Source: Nitrospirota bacterium (GTDB lineage Bacteria; Nitrospirota; UBA9217). From it: 64,000 nt of DNA. Under the pieces are notes generated by a model. The model had not been told where the DNA came from. It did not search any database and saw nothing but the letters and a program-made list of their open reading frames with translations. Below, piece by piece: positions 52,750-61,713 of the stretch (position 1 is the stretch's first letter; each line of letters begins with the position of its first letter). Made by a program: the position numbers and the translations under genes. The stretch spans positions 928,001 through 992,000 of the forward strand of contig CAVUCU010000001.1 in NCBI GenBank assembly GCA_963740085.1, given 5' to 3'.

Positions 52750-52856
52750 ATATTGAAGATTGTATATTGAAAATTGGAAATTTTAAATTTGAGTGTGAGT
52801 TGCTTTTTGCTTCTCACAATTTTTAATTTCCAATTTCCAATCTTCAATTTCCAATG
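52750..52856. repeat. heptamer-unit palindrome (TTGAAAA/TTTCCAA family)
   Basis: ATTGAAGATTGTATATTGAAAATTGGAAATTTT...AATTTCCAATTTCCAATCTTCAATTTCCAAT. Confidence 0.75.
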
Positions 52857-52861
52857 CGCCG

Positions 52862-53239
52862 TTAGTACGTCGTCTCATGCCCGACAACCAGCGCATACTC
52901 CGGAACCGGCTTGCCCCCCGCCACGTGTTCAGCAAAGATCTTCTTGGTCTTCTCCTCGTTTAACGCGATGTATTTAACGGGAGGATCTCCGGCTATCTCG
53001 ACCGTGATCATCGGCTCCTGGCTGCAGAGCCCGGCGCATCCGGATGTGGTGATCGCGACATCCTTCAACTTGGATTTGGCCAGCTCTTCCATGATCGTGT
53101 TCATGATGCCCCGGGCGCCGGCAGCGATCCCGCAGGTCCCCATATGCACCGTGATCTTTGCCCGGAACCCGCCTTCACGCAGTCCCTGATGGTAATCTTC
53201 CTTGATCTTTTTCAGATCAGCGATCGTAAGCTTTGCCAT
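52862..53239 (-). CDS. thioredoxin-fold [2Fe-2S] ferredoxin (HndB/HydD-like)
   Basis: ITVHMGTCGIAAGAR, SGCAGLCSQEP, HV.GG.PV.EY. Confidence 0.9.
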   Translation of the reverse strand: MAKLTIADLKKIKEDYHQGLREGGFRAKITVHMGTCGIAAGARGIMNTIMEELAKSKLKDVAITTSGCAGLCSQEPMITVEIAGDPPVKYIALNEEKTKKIFAEHVAGGKPVPEYALVVGHETTY

Positions 53240-53257
53240 ATAACCCCCTATCCGGGG

Positions 53258-53340
53258 AAATTCTAAATTCGAATATCTAAATCCTAAGCATTTAGATTTT
53301 TCGATATTGTTTAGAATTTCGGATTTCGTAATGAGAAATT
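53258..53340. repeat. CGAAATC/GATTTCG-family palindrome
   Basis: AAATTCTAAATTCGAATATCTAAATCCTAA...TTGTTTAGAATTTCGGATTTCG. Confidence 0.7.
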
Positions 53341-53344
53341 GCTC

Positions 53345-53854
53345 CTACTCGTACTTCCTGACAATTTCCATCACCTTCGTGGCTGCAACGTCGCCGTAGG
53401 TGTCCTGGCCGATAACGACAACCGGGGCAAGACCGCAGGCGCCGAGGCACCTCACGGCCTCAAGGGAATACTTCTTGTCCCTCGTCACTTCGCCGACTTC
53501 CAGGTCGAGTTCATCCTTGATCTTCTCGAGGATCTCCTCGCTCCGCTTCACATAACAGGCGGTGCCGAGACAAACCCTGATCACGTGCTTGCCGCGCGGT
53601 ACGAGCGTGAAAAAAGAGTAGAAGGTCGCGACGCCGAAGACCACGCTCGGCGACATATCAAGCCCCCTGGCAACATATCGCTGCACCGCATGCGGCAGGT
53701 AGCCGCATACGTCCTGTGCCTGCTGGAGCACGGGTATGAGCGATCCGGGCTTTCCCTTGTACCGCGCGACGATCCCATCGATCTTCAGGTACATTTCGGG
53801 TGTTATGAACTCGTTGTTTGTAGCAGTCTGCTGTTCAACCGCTTCGTTGCTCAT
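53345..53854 (-). CDS. nuoE: NuoE-like [2Fe-2S] subunit (HydC/HndA type)
   Basis: LIPVLQQAQ..GYLP, GVATFYSFF, VCLGTAC, RCLGACGLAP. Confidence 0.93.
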   Translation of the reverse strand: MSNEAVEQQTATNNEFITPEMYLKIDGIVARYKGKPGSLIPVLQQAQDVCGYLPHAVQRYVARGLDMSPSVVFGVATFYSFFTLVPRGKHVIRVCLGTACYVKRSEEILEKIKDELDLEVGEVTRDKKYSLEAVRCLGACGLAPVVVIGQDTYGDVAATKVMEIVRKYE

Positions 53855-53880
53855 CGTTTACCCCTTGGCAATTTGAAATA

Positions 53881-54417
53881 TTACATTTCAAATTTGATCT
53901 GCTCGTTCAGCATACCCCTGATCGCTTCAAGCACCGCCGGATTATTGATCGGCACATCTTCAAGGTCGTTCCTGATCTCCCGTGTATCGAACCGGAAGGT
54001 CCGTTCGCCATCCCGCGCCTCATAGAGAACATCAAGGTCGGGGTGGCCCGCTATCAGCGTGAGCACGGTATCGGCCATGCTGCCGATCGCCGGCCGGTCT
54101 ACATGGCTCCAGAGAAAGGTTGCCGCAACCCTCGCTCCCTTGCCCGGAGCGGAATCCACGGTCACCATCCCGCCCGCCTGCTCCGCCGCCTGCGACAGGA
54201 ATGGTATCCCGAGTCCCGTCTTTTTGCGTTTGGTGCTGAAGAAGGGGTCCCGGACCTTTGCCAGCGTCTCGACATCCATTCCCCTGCCGTCATCATTGAC
54301 CTCGATGCGAAGGAGGTCGCGCGCCCTATCGAGAATAATGATGATCTCTATTGTCTTTGCGTCAGCACGGACCGAATTCTCGGCAATGTCAAGGATATGC
54401 AGGGAGATGTCTTCCAC
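53881..54417 (-). CDS. stand-alone HATPase_c (histidine-kinase-like ATPase)
   Basis: EDISLHILDIAENS (N box), DDGRGM, DPFFSTK..TGLGIP, S.PGKG; GTG start 54417. Confidence 0.88.
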   Translation of the reverse strand: MEDISLHILDIAENSVRADAKTIEIIIILDRARDLLRIEVNDDGRGMDVETLAKVRDPFFSTKRKKTGLGIPFLSQAAEQAGGMVTVDSAPGKGARVAATFLWSHVDRPAIGSMADTVLTLIAGHPDLDVLYEARDGERTFRFDTREIRNDLEDVPINNPAVLEAIRGMLNEQIKFEM

Positions 54418-54421
54418 CTTC

Positions 54422-55168
54422 TCAACACTCCGCCTTCCTGCCGTCTCTTCCTGCCAATGCTTTTTTGATCTCGGCCACGGTCCCGTCTTCGATCGTGAAG
54501 AGCGTAAACCGCTTACCGATGTCTTCAGGACCGTGAGCATCCGAACTGGTAATGACCGGGTACTTCCTGCAATCCGGGAAGCGGTTCGCTGCGACAGCCA
54601 CGGTCATGTGCCGCGAGATCTCAACGGCATCGGGAGCAAGCTGAGGCGGAATAAACCCAAGCTGTCCGATGATGCTGAACGACTCCCGGTCCACATGCGC
54701 CGCGATCACCAGGCTGTCACCGTGTCCTGCGCGCGCCGCTTCAACGATGGCCGCGGCCGGCAGCGATGTCGCGCCGATCAAAAGCCGGTCGCAGAAACCG
54801 GTCACTCCATCCTCATCGTCCGCGATCACCTGCTGTCCAAAGGCGCGCTCATCATTGGCGCCGGTCAGGTTCCGGTAGATGACTTCCTGGAACCGCAGGA
54901 GGTCCTCGTCGAGTTCAAAGAACACCAGGAGGTGCGCTTCTTCCGAGGAAGCGACTTCCATCCCTCCAAGCACCATCAATCCGTTTTGCCTGCCCGCCTT
55001 CTTGACGGCCAGGACGTTCTCGGCGGAATTATGATCACAGATGCCTATGAGGTCGAGCCCTTTTCGCAGGGCCTCGTGCACGATCCCCAGGGGCGACATG
55101 TCCAATTCAGCGCAGGGAGACAGACACGTATGCACGTGCAGGTCGGCCTTAATGCGCCTCAGCGCCAC
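54422..55168 (-). CDS. PHP-domain metallophosphoesterase
   Basis: DLHVHTCLSPC, ICDHNS, GMEV, AAHVDR, SSDAH. Confidence 0.9.
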   Translation of the reverse strand: MALRRIKADLHVHTCLSPCAELDMSPLGIVHEALRKGLDLIGICDHNSAENVLAVKKAGRQNGLMVLGGMEVASSEEAHLLVFFELDEDLLRFQEVIYRNLTGANDERAFGQQVIADDEDGVTGFCDRLLIGATSLPAAAIVEAARAGHGDSLVIAAHVDRESFSIIGQLGFIPPQLAPDAVEISRHMTVAVAANRFPDCRKYPVITSSDAHGPEDIGKRFTLFTIEDGTVAEIKKALAGRDGRKAEC

Positions 55169-55499
55169 GGATCCCCGCCTTGTATAGTCTACCGACCAGC
55201 TCAAACGCCGACAGGCCGCTCACCATGACCGGGATGCCCTCTTCCTCGGCCTTGGCAATGGTGTCCTTTTCCGGCTGCCGTCCCTGAACAAGGATGATGC
55301 CGGACAGGTCCTTGTGCGATGCAACGGCCACGATGTTCTGGTGGATGTGGAGCGTGACCCAGAGTGTCCCCTCATCCGCGTGCGCCAGGACATCCGACAA
55401 GAGATCGCTCACATAGCCGCTCGTCGCTTCACGGTCAAGATGTCCGGATCCGGTTTTTACTTCCAGACCGAATTCCTTTACAAGGTCGCTTAACTTCAT
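55149..55499 (-). CDS. DRTGG-domain protein
   Basis: GYVSDLLSDVLA, LWVT..H.NIVAVA, AEEEGIP. Confidence 0.85.
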   Translation of the reverse strand: MKLSDLVKEFGLEVKTGSGHLDREATSGYVSDLLSDVLAHADEGTLWVTLHIHQNIVAVASHKDLSGIILVQGRQPEKDTIAKAEEEGIPVMVSGLSAFELVGRLYKAGIRGAEAH

Positions 55500-55509
55500 T
55501 GGCCCCCGG

Positions 55510-56463
55510 TCAACTCGTAAAATAGAACTTCATGGTCAAACGCGTTCCGTCGGGCACTGATGAGGTAAGATTCATCTCATCGGAGCATTTTTTCATGTTT
55601 ACCAGCCCCATGCCTGCGCCGAATCCCAGCTCCCGCACCCAGTCAGGGGCCGTGGAGTAGCCCGGCTGCATGGCGCGCTCGACGTCGGGGATCCCGGGGC
55701 CTTTGTCGATGGCCTGAACGATGACCCCCCCCTTGTCGATCTGGGCCAGTATCTCTCCGCCGGTGGTATATGAAGCAAGATTGATCTCCGCTTCATAGGT
55801 TGCCACCCCGATCCGTCTCAGGGTCGGGGCGGTGACGCCCAGTTTTTTGAGCGCGTTCTTGAGTTCGCTGGCCGCCTTGCCCGCGCTTTTCAGGGTCTGG
55901 CCTTCAACATAGTACTTGAAGGAGAAACTGATCTCGTCGGCAATGACGTCCTGAAAGAACTGTCTCATCGCCGGCCGCTGGTCGTCCTCATTGGCCTTTG
56001 ACTCGGTCTGCGTGTATTCGATCTCAAGCTTCTTCAGCAGGCCTTCGACGATGTTCCCCTTGGTGAGGATCCCGACCAGTTGCTCATTGTGGTCTAATAC
56101 CGGGTACCGTCTGAACCCGTATTTGGAAAACTTGGCGAGACAGTGAACAAGCAGCTCGTCGCTGTACAGGCACTCAACAGTCGTCGTCATCTTATCCCTG
56201 ACGAGGGTGTTGATCTCATTATTGCCGAGGGCATTGACCAGGTCTGCCATGCTGACCATGCCTAAGAGCTTTCCGTTCTCGACGACCGGTGTGCCGGAGA
56301 TACGGTTGTCCCGCAGGAGGAGACTGAGATCAGCCATGGTCTGGTCCGGCCTTATGGTAAAGATCGTGGTGGACATGACCTCGCCGACCGTGATCTCGTA
56401 GGCCATTTCCTGTGTCTTGGTCACCCCGGACGGTGTCCCCTGCTCTTTGCGTTGCAGTACCAT
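55510..56463 (-). CDS. CBS-pair plus anti-sigma-type Ser/Thr kinase (HATPase_c_2)
   Basis: Two CBS domains, then AGKAASELK..LK.LG, ATYEAEIN, DKGPGI.D...AM.PGYSTAPDWVRELGFGAGMGL.NMK. Confidence 0.88.
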   Translation of the reverse strand: MVLQRKEQGTPSGVTKTQEMAYEITVGEVMSTTIFTIRPDQTMADLSLLLRDNRISGTPVVENGKLLGMVSMADLVNALGNNEINTLVRDKMTTTVECLYSDELLVHCLAKFSKYGFRRYPVLDHNEQLVGILTKGNIVEGLLKKLEIEYTQTESKANEDDQRPAMRQFFQDVIADEISFSFKYYVEGQTLKSAGKAASELKNALKKLGVTAPTLRRIGVATYEAEINLASYTTGGEILAQIDKGGVIVQAIDKGPGIPDVERAMQPGYSTAPDWVRELGFGAGMGLVNMKKCSDEMNLTSSVPDGTRLTMKFYFTS

Positions 56464-56467
56464 CTGT

Positions 56468-56824
56468 CTATTGCCGCGCGGCCACTCCTTTGAGTCCCTT
56501 CATGTACAGGATACCGCAGGCCTCGAACATGGTAAGCTTCGTCACGAAGAGGGGGATGTCCTTTTGTTTCGCCAGCGCCACCGCATCGGTTTCCGGCTGT
56601 TTGCCGCGCACAACGCAGACCGCCTTGATCTCTGCTATGTCCGCTGTTCGTACTGCCTGGGGATTCGTGAGACCCGTGATCAGAATGCCGTTCGCATGAG
56701 TGCGGCCAAGCACATCGCTCATGAGATCAGCGCTGAAGCAGTGTTCTACCTCGATCTTATCGACAATAGTATTTCCGGTAAGAACCTCCGCACCAAGAAG
56801 GTTCACGATCTCTCTTAAATTCAT
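56468..56824 (-). CDS. DRTGG-domain protein
   Basis: SADLMSDVL, ITGLTNPQAVRTA, VRGK.P, FEACGILY. Confidence 0.85.
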   Translation of the reverse strand: MNLREIVNLLGAEVLTGNTIVDKIEVEHCFSADLMSDVLGRTHANGILITGLTNPQAVRTADIAEIKAVCVVRGKQPETDAVALAKQKDIPLFVTKLTMFEACGILYMKGLKGVAARQ

Positions 56825-56840
56825 CAGGAAAGCTCCGTTG

Positions 56841-58034
56841 CTACCGGTCGCACTCGCCGAGCACGATATCGATCGTCCCGATACAGGCGACAACGTCCGC
56901 CATCATATGGCCGGTCACCATCTTCGAAAGGGCGCTCAGGTTCACGAACGAGGGGGCGCGGATCTTGATCCGGTAGGGTCTGCCGCTCCCGTCGCTTACA
57001 ATATAGAAGCCAAGCTCTCCCTTCGGGCCTTCAGTGGCCACGTACACCTCGCCCTTGGGCATGGGGACCCATTTGCTCATGAGTACGAACTGATGGGCCA
57101 GCGTCTGCATATTCTGCATGACCTTCATCTTCTCGGGGATGGCGTAGCGCGGGTCGTCCGTGACGACCGGTCCGGGCTGCATCATGTCGAGGCACTGCTT
57201 GATGATGCGGTTGCTCTGGCGAAGTTCACCGAGACGCACGACATACCGGTCGTACACGTCGCCGTTCTTCCCAAGGGGAACATCGAAATCCACCTTATCG
57301 TAGGCCGCGTAGGGCTCGACCTTACGCAAATCGTAGTTGACGCCCGATCCTCTCAGTGAAGCCCCGGTAAGCCCGTGCTGTACCGCCTCCTCGGCGGTCA
57401 TTACTCCGATGCCTTTGGTGCGTTTGAGCCAGATACGATTTTCCCGGATCAGCGTATCGTACTCTTCGAGCCTTTTGGGGAAGAGCTCGGTGAACTCACG
57501 GCATTTGTCAATGAATTCCCGGGGGACATCGTTCCGCACCCCGCCGATGCGCGCATAGCTCACGGTCAGTCTCGCGCCGGTCGCCATCTCAAGGAGATCG
57601 AGTATAAGCTCCCGTTCTCTCGCCGCATACAACAGGACCGTCATGGCGCCTATGTCCACCGCGCTGGTGCCAAGCCAGATGAGATGAGAGCTGATGCGCG
57701 TAAGCTCCGCGGTGATCGTCCGGAGAAAATGCGCCCGCTCGGGCACGACGATCCCCGCCAGTTTTTCGACCGCGGTCACATACCCGAGGTTGTTGCACAT
57801 GCATGAGATATAGTCCAGCCGGTCGGTCATCGGGATGACCTGGTGGTATGTCTTGCTCTCCATCCACTTCTCGATTCCCCGATGAAGATAGCCGATCTGC
57901 GGTTCGATGCCGATAATGGTCTCGCCCTGAAGGTCCAATACCAGGCGGAGCACCCCGTGCGTGCTGGGGTGCTGCGGACCCATGTTGAGTGTTATTTCTT
58001 TTTGTACGATCTCTTTTGTCTCGGCAACGGACAT
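56841..58034 (-). CDS. nuoD: NADH-quinone oxidoreductase subunit D
   Basis: NMGPQHPSTHGVLR, GYLHRGIEK, DRLDY, EGPKGELG, DIVLGECDR; no NiFe CxxC motifs. Confidence 0.96.
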   Translation of the reverse strand: MSVAETKEIVQKEITLNMGPQHPSTHGVLRLVLDLQGETIIGIEPQIGYLHRGIEKWMESKTYHQVIPMTDRLDYISCMCNNLGYVTAVEKLAGIVVPERAHFLRTITAELTRISSHLIWLGTSAVDIGAMTVLLYAARERELILDLLEMATGARLTVSYARIGGVRNDVPREFIDKCREFTELFPKRLEEYDTLIRENRIWLKRTKGIGVMTAEEAVQHGLTGASLRGSGVNYDLRKVEPYAAYDKVDFDVPLGKNGDVYDRYVVRLGELRQSNRIIKQCLDMMQPGPVVTDDPRYAIPEKMKVMQNMQTLAHQFVLMSKWVPMPKGEVYVATEGPKGELGFYIVSDGSGRPYRIKIRAPSFVNLSALSKMVTGHMMADVVACIGTIDIVLGECDR

Positions 58035-58047
58035 GTGATCACCATGA

Positions 58048-58175
58048 ACTAAATTCTCATATCGAAATTCTAAGTCCTAAACAATATCAAAAATTCAATG
58101 CCTCAAATACATAAATTTTTATAAATTGGCACCTATCGTTTTATTTAGGATTTAGTGCTTGTTGTTTCGTGCTTG
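58048..58175. repeat. CGAAATC/GATTTAG-family palindrome between nuoC and nuoD
   Basis: ATATCGAAATTCTAAGTCCTAAACAATATC...TTTAGGATTTAGTGCTTGTTGTTTCGTGCTT. Confidence 0.65.
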
Positions 58176-58182
58176 CTGTATC

Positions 58183-58653
58183 TTAGTATCCTTTCAGCGG
58201 ATATTCTTTCCTCAGCGGGTGCCCTTCCCAATCCTCGGGCAGGAGTATTCTGCGAAGGTCCGGATGTCCGTCGAACTTGATCCCCATGAGGTCGTAGGTC
58301 TCGCGCTCGTGCCAGTTCGCCGTTTGCCAGATCGAGGTGACCGAGTCTACGCAAGGGTCCTCATCCGGCACTCTTACCTTCAATCGTATGCGATGGTGGT
58401 GTACGGTCGAGATCATCATATACACGACCTCGAACCGCGGCCCTTCATCTCCCGGATACCGGGAATAATCGACTGCCGTGAGATCCGCAAGGTGGTCCAT
58501 CTTTACCGACGGCTCGTCGCGCAGGAAGCGGCAAATATCCTTGATCAGGTCCTTCTTGACCGACACGCTCACCTGCCCTGCGTAGGTTGTCGAGCCGAGC
58601 ACCTGGCCCGCGAATTTTTCTTCTATTATTTTGGCGATCTGTAAGGGATCCAT
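58183..58653 (-). CDS. nuoC: NADH-quinone oxidoreductase subunit C
   Basis: [50 protein letters not shown]; GAGG RBS before ATG 58653. Confidence 0.95.
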   Translation of the reverse strand: MDPLQIAKIIEEKFAGQVLGSTTYAGQVSVSVKKDLIKDICRFLRDEPSVKMDHLADLTAVDYSRYPGDEGPRFEVVYMMISTVHHHRIRLKVRVPDEDPCVDSVTSIWQTANWHERETYDLMGIKFDGHPDLRRILLPEDWEGHPLRKEYPLKGY

Positions 58654-58772
58654 TCTACCTCGGAACTCGCTATTATTATAAAGACGCTCTTCAGGATTGA
58701 TGGAGCAAGCCGATGCATGTGGTTCGGTGCCGCCGGTACGACAAGACGGATTTTGATAGTGCCTCGTTGGAT

Positions 58773-59252
58773 CTACTTCCGGATGTAGTGCTCTTTTCTG
58801 ATCTTTTCCTGCAGCTTTATGATCCCGTGCATCAGTGCCTCGGGCCGCGGCGGGCAACCGGGGATGTACACATCAACAGGGATGATATTGTCCACACCCT
58901 GTACAACGGCGTAAGTATTGAAGATGCCGCCTGAGGCGGCGCAGCTCCCCATGGCGATGACATACCGCGGCTCCGGCATCTGATCGTACACGCGCCGCAC
59001 CACGGGGGCCATCTTTTTCGACAGCGTCCCGGCCACAAGGAGCAGGTCCGACTGGCGCGGCGACGGACGGGGCACCGTGCCGAAGCGATCGAAATCATGT
59101 TGCGGCGCGGCATAATACTGGATCATCTCAATGGCGCAGCACGCAAGCCCGAAGGACATGGGCCAGATGGAGCACGACCGGCAATAGTTCAAGAACCCGT
59201 CGATGGTCGTCGAGATGTATCCTTCTTCAAAGACATTCTGTATTACTCCCAT
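58773..59252 (-). CDS. nuoB: NADH-quinone oxidoreductase subunit B
   Basis: [29 protein letters not shown]. Confidence 0.96.
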   Translation of the reverse strand: MGVIQNVFEEGYISTTIDGFLNYCRSCSIWPMSFGLACCAIEMIQYYAAPQHDFDRFGTVPRPSPRQSDLLLVAGTLSKKMAPVVRRVYDQMPEPRYVIAMGSCAASGGIFNTYAVVQGVDNIIPVDVYIPGCPPRPEALMHGIIKLQEKIRKEHYIRK

Positions 59253-59617
59253 TCGAGGGCCCCCTTCTTCCAGGCATAAAAATACCCAACGAGCAGGATG
59301 GCAATGAAAACCACCATTTCCACAAAACCATACAGGCCAATCCGGCTATAGGCCACGGCCCAGGGATAGAGGAAAACGGACTCGATGTCGAATATGAGGA
59401 ACAGCATGGCGATGATGTAATACCGGATAGAGAACTTCTGGTGGGCGTCCATGAAGGGGGTGATGCCGGATTCGTACGTCAGCAGTTTTTCGGGATAGGG
59501 GTTCCGGGGCCGGAGTATCCAGCTGACGACAAGCATCCCGATGCCGACGGCGGAGCCGACCAGCAGAAAAACAACCACGGGCAGAAAGTGTACCGGAAGA
59601 TAGTTGCCTGGGCTCAT
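59243..59617 (-). CDS. nuoA: NADH-quinone oxidoreductase subunit A
   Basis: [34 protein letters not shown]. Confidence 0.96.
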   Translation of the reverse strand: MSPGNYLPVHFLPVVVFLLVGSAVGIGMLVVSWILRPRNPYPEKLLTYESGITPFMDAHQKFSIRYYIIAMLFLIFDIESVFLYPWAVAYSRIGLYGFVEMVVFIAILLVGYFYAWKKGALEWE

Positions 59618-59678
59618 ACGCTTCTCCCTGCAGAAAAAGAAAAATTAGAATTAGCAGGACTTTTTTTAAAACGGGAGC

Positions 59679-59707
59679 ATGATAAGCTAACGCCGCAATT
59701 TTGTCAA
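59679..59707 (-). promoter_or_regulatory. sigma70 promoter of nuo operon
   Basis: TTGACA-N17-TATCAT on minus strand, ~60 nt upstream of nuoA. Confidence 0.7.
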
Positions 59708-59971
59708 GAAAAACTATAAACAAGATAAACAATGTTTTATATTAATTTTTTTTACTCCTCCATAAGAAATAGTGCGGGCGGATTTTTTTATAAATTCCCG
59801 CGGGACGGCAACAATACCTGGGCCGGAAACAGCGACAGGCCCGTGTCACGTTGAAGAAATAGTCCGATGCGTGAACCCGGCCGGGTCAAGTGGGAAAACA
59901 GCGGGCGTCCTTCCCCTTGTTTTCAAGCGCACAATACAGTAGAATAAATAGCATACACCAGTGAGGACAGC

Positions 59972-60601
59972 ATGGACCCCTATTCAAAAGACCAGATCCT
60001 GTCGTTCTACAATTTTCATCTGAAAAAATTCGGCGACAGGCCCGAGGCGCTCCGCTGGACGCCGCAGGGTCAGCTCAAACGATATCATATGCTCGCCGAC
60101 ATCGCGCCGGCACGGGACCTGAACAACGCAACCGTGCTCGATTACGGGTGCGGGACCGGTGACTTTTATAAATTCCTGAAGCGGCGGGGCATCAACGTGA
60201 AGTATACGGGCGTGGACATCAACGAAAACTTCATCAGCCTTGCGAAAAGCAAATATCCCGAGTGCGACTTCAGGGTCATGAACGCGGACGACGACCGGTT
60301 CGAAGGGTTCTATGACTATATCGTCATCTGCGGCGTCTTCAATCTGCAGGTCCCCGGCGTCGACGACGACATGAAGAACGCGCTGGTCGCGCTCTTCAAG
60401 CACTGCAACAAAGGCCTGGCACTGAACGCCCTCTCATCGCATGCGCCCATCAGGGACCCCGAGCTGCACGTCACCTCACCGGAAGAGATGGTGAAGTTCT
60501 CCATCGAGAACCTGTCGCCCTTCATCTCCCTCCGGCACGACCGGATCCAGAACGACTTCACCCTCTATGTGTATACGGCATTGAATGAGGTCGAACTGTA
60601 A
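59972..60601 (+). CDS. class I SAM-dependent methyltransferase
   Basis: VLDYGCGTG, YTGVDI, YDYI..GVFN. Confidence 0.9.
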   Translation: MDPYSKDQILSFYNFHLKKFGDRPEALRWTPQGQLKRYHMLADIAPARDLNNATVLDYGCGTGDFYKFLKRRGINVKYTGVDINENFISLAKSKYPECDFRVMNADDDRFEGFYDYIVICGVFNLQVPGVDDDMKNALVALFKHCNKGLALNALSSHAPIRDPELHVTSPEEMVKFSIENLSPFISLRHDRIQNDFTLYVYTALNEVEL

Positions 60602-60719
60602 GGCCTGCCAACCAAGAACGTCTTTGCCACAAAAATGCGCAAAATTCACGAAAAATTAGGATAGGCTGTCATTTCCTTTTGCGCCAATGTACTTTTTGTG
60701 GCAATTTTTTATTTTTCTC

Positions 60720-61403
60720 TTACGACCTGAAAAATCCCCGATAAAACCTCATAGCGCGCACGCGGTACTCAGTGAATATTTTTTCCGATTCCGCGGCAAG
60801 GGAGGCAAAATCGAAGCCCTGTTCTTGTGCCATCCAGTCCAGAACGATGGCGGGCGTGACCTCTATATGAAACTGGAGCGCATACACCCGGTCGGCATAC
60901 CGGAACGCCTGGTTCGGGAACAGGTCGGAAGACGCCAGCCACGCGCTCTTGCGCGGCAGATCAAAAGTGTCTCCGTGCCACTGGAACACCTGGGCGGCGT
61001 TCCTGCCGGGAAGCGCAAGCGCGGACATGAGGGGGTCGCTCATGCCGTCCGGGGTCAGCGCCACCTCATACCATCCGATCTCTTTCGTCTGACCGGGATA
61101 GACCTTTGCACCCAGCACATGGGCCACCATTTGAGCGCCAAGGCATACGCCGAGCACGTGCTTGTTCGCCTCGATCGCAGCATTGATCAGCTGCGCTTCA
61201 TTGACGAGGTATGAATACCGGTGCATCTCGTACACCGCCATGGGGCCGCCCATAATGATGAGGTGGGTGAAGGAATCCGGATCGGGCACGGTATCTCCGA
61301 TGCTCAGATCGCAGACGGTAGAGGGAATTTTTTCGGCTTTGAGATAGTCAGCGATCGTTCCCGGTCCTTCGGAAAAGACATTTTTTATAATGAGGACATG
61401 CAT
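60720..61403 (-). CDS. class I glutamine amidotransferase
   Basis: MGGPM, GVCLGAQ (Cys), QWHGDTF, QFHIE (His-Glu). Confidence 0.92.
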   Translation of the reverse strand: MHVLIIKNVFSEGPGTIADYLKAEKIPSTVCDLSIGDTVPDPDSFTHLIIMGGPMAVYEMHRYSYLVNEAQLINAAIEANKHVLGVCLGAQMVAHVLGAKVYPGQTKEIGWYEVALTPDGMSDPLMSALALPGRNAAQVFQWHGDTFDLPRKSAWLASSDLFPNQAFRYADRVYALQFHIEVTPAIVLDWMAQEQGFDFASLAAESEKIFTEYRVRAMRFYRGFFRS

Positions 61404-61454
61404 GCGTAATCAGGCTTTTAGACTGAAGACCGAAGTAATCAAGTCTACTTCAGC

Positions 61455-61640
61455 CTATCCACCTTCGGCCTGTTCTCCTTTCCCGATAAAGAACACAAAT
61501 GCCATCGTCGGCCTTTTGGACGAGACCGAGGTGACGAACTGGATACTGTCGAAGACATACCCCTTTGCCGTCCACTCATTCAGGATCCGTTCGATCTCTT
61601 CGTCCGTCACCGTACTTGTTTCAACGACCTTGTAGCCCAT
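61455..61640 (-). CDS. small DUF4177-like protein
   Basis: YKVVE....EEIERILNEW..KGY pattern; ATG at 61640. Confidence 0.65.
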   Translation of the reverse strand: MGYKVVETSTVTDEEIERILNEWTAKGYVFDSIQFVTSVSSKRPTMAFVFFIGKGEQAEGG

Positions 61641-61713
61641 GCCGCTATTATACGAAAGCGGGCGGGAGTTATCAAGGGCCTTCGAACGCGGAGGGGACAA
61701 CGCGGTGTCGACG

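Noticed and set aside
56841-58034. Group 4 [NiFe]-hydrogenase interpretation of the nuo cluster
   Set aside because: Large subunit has no CxxC Ni-binding motifs and keeps the quinone-site His/Tyr; nuoA, J, K present.
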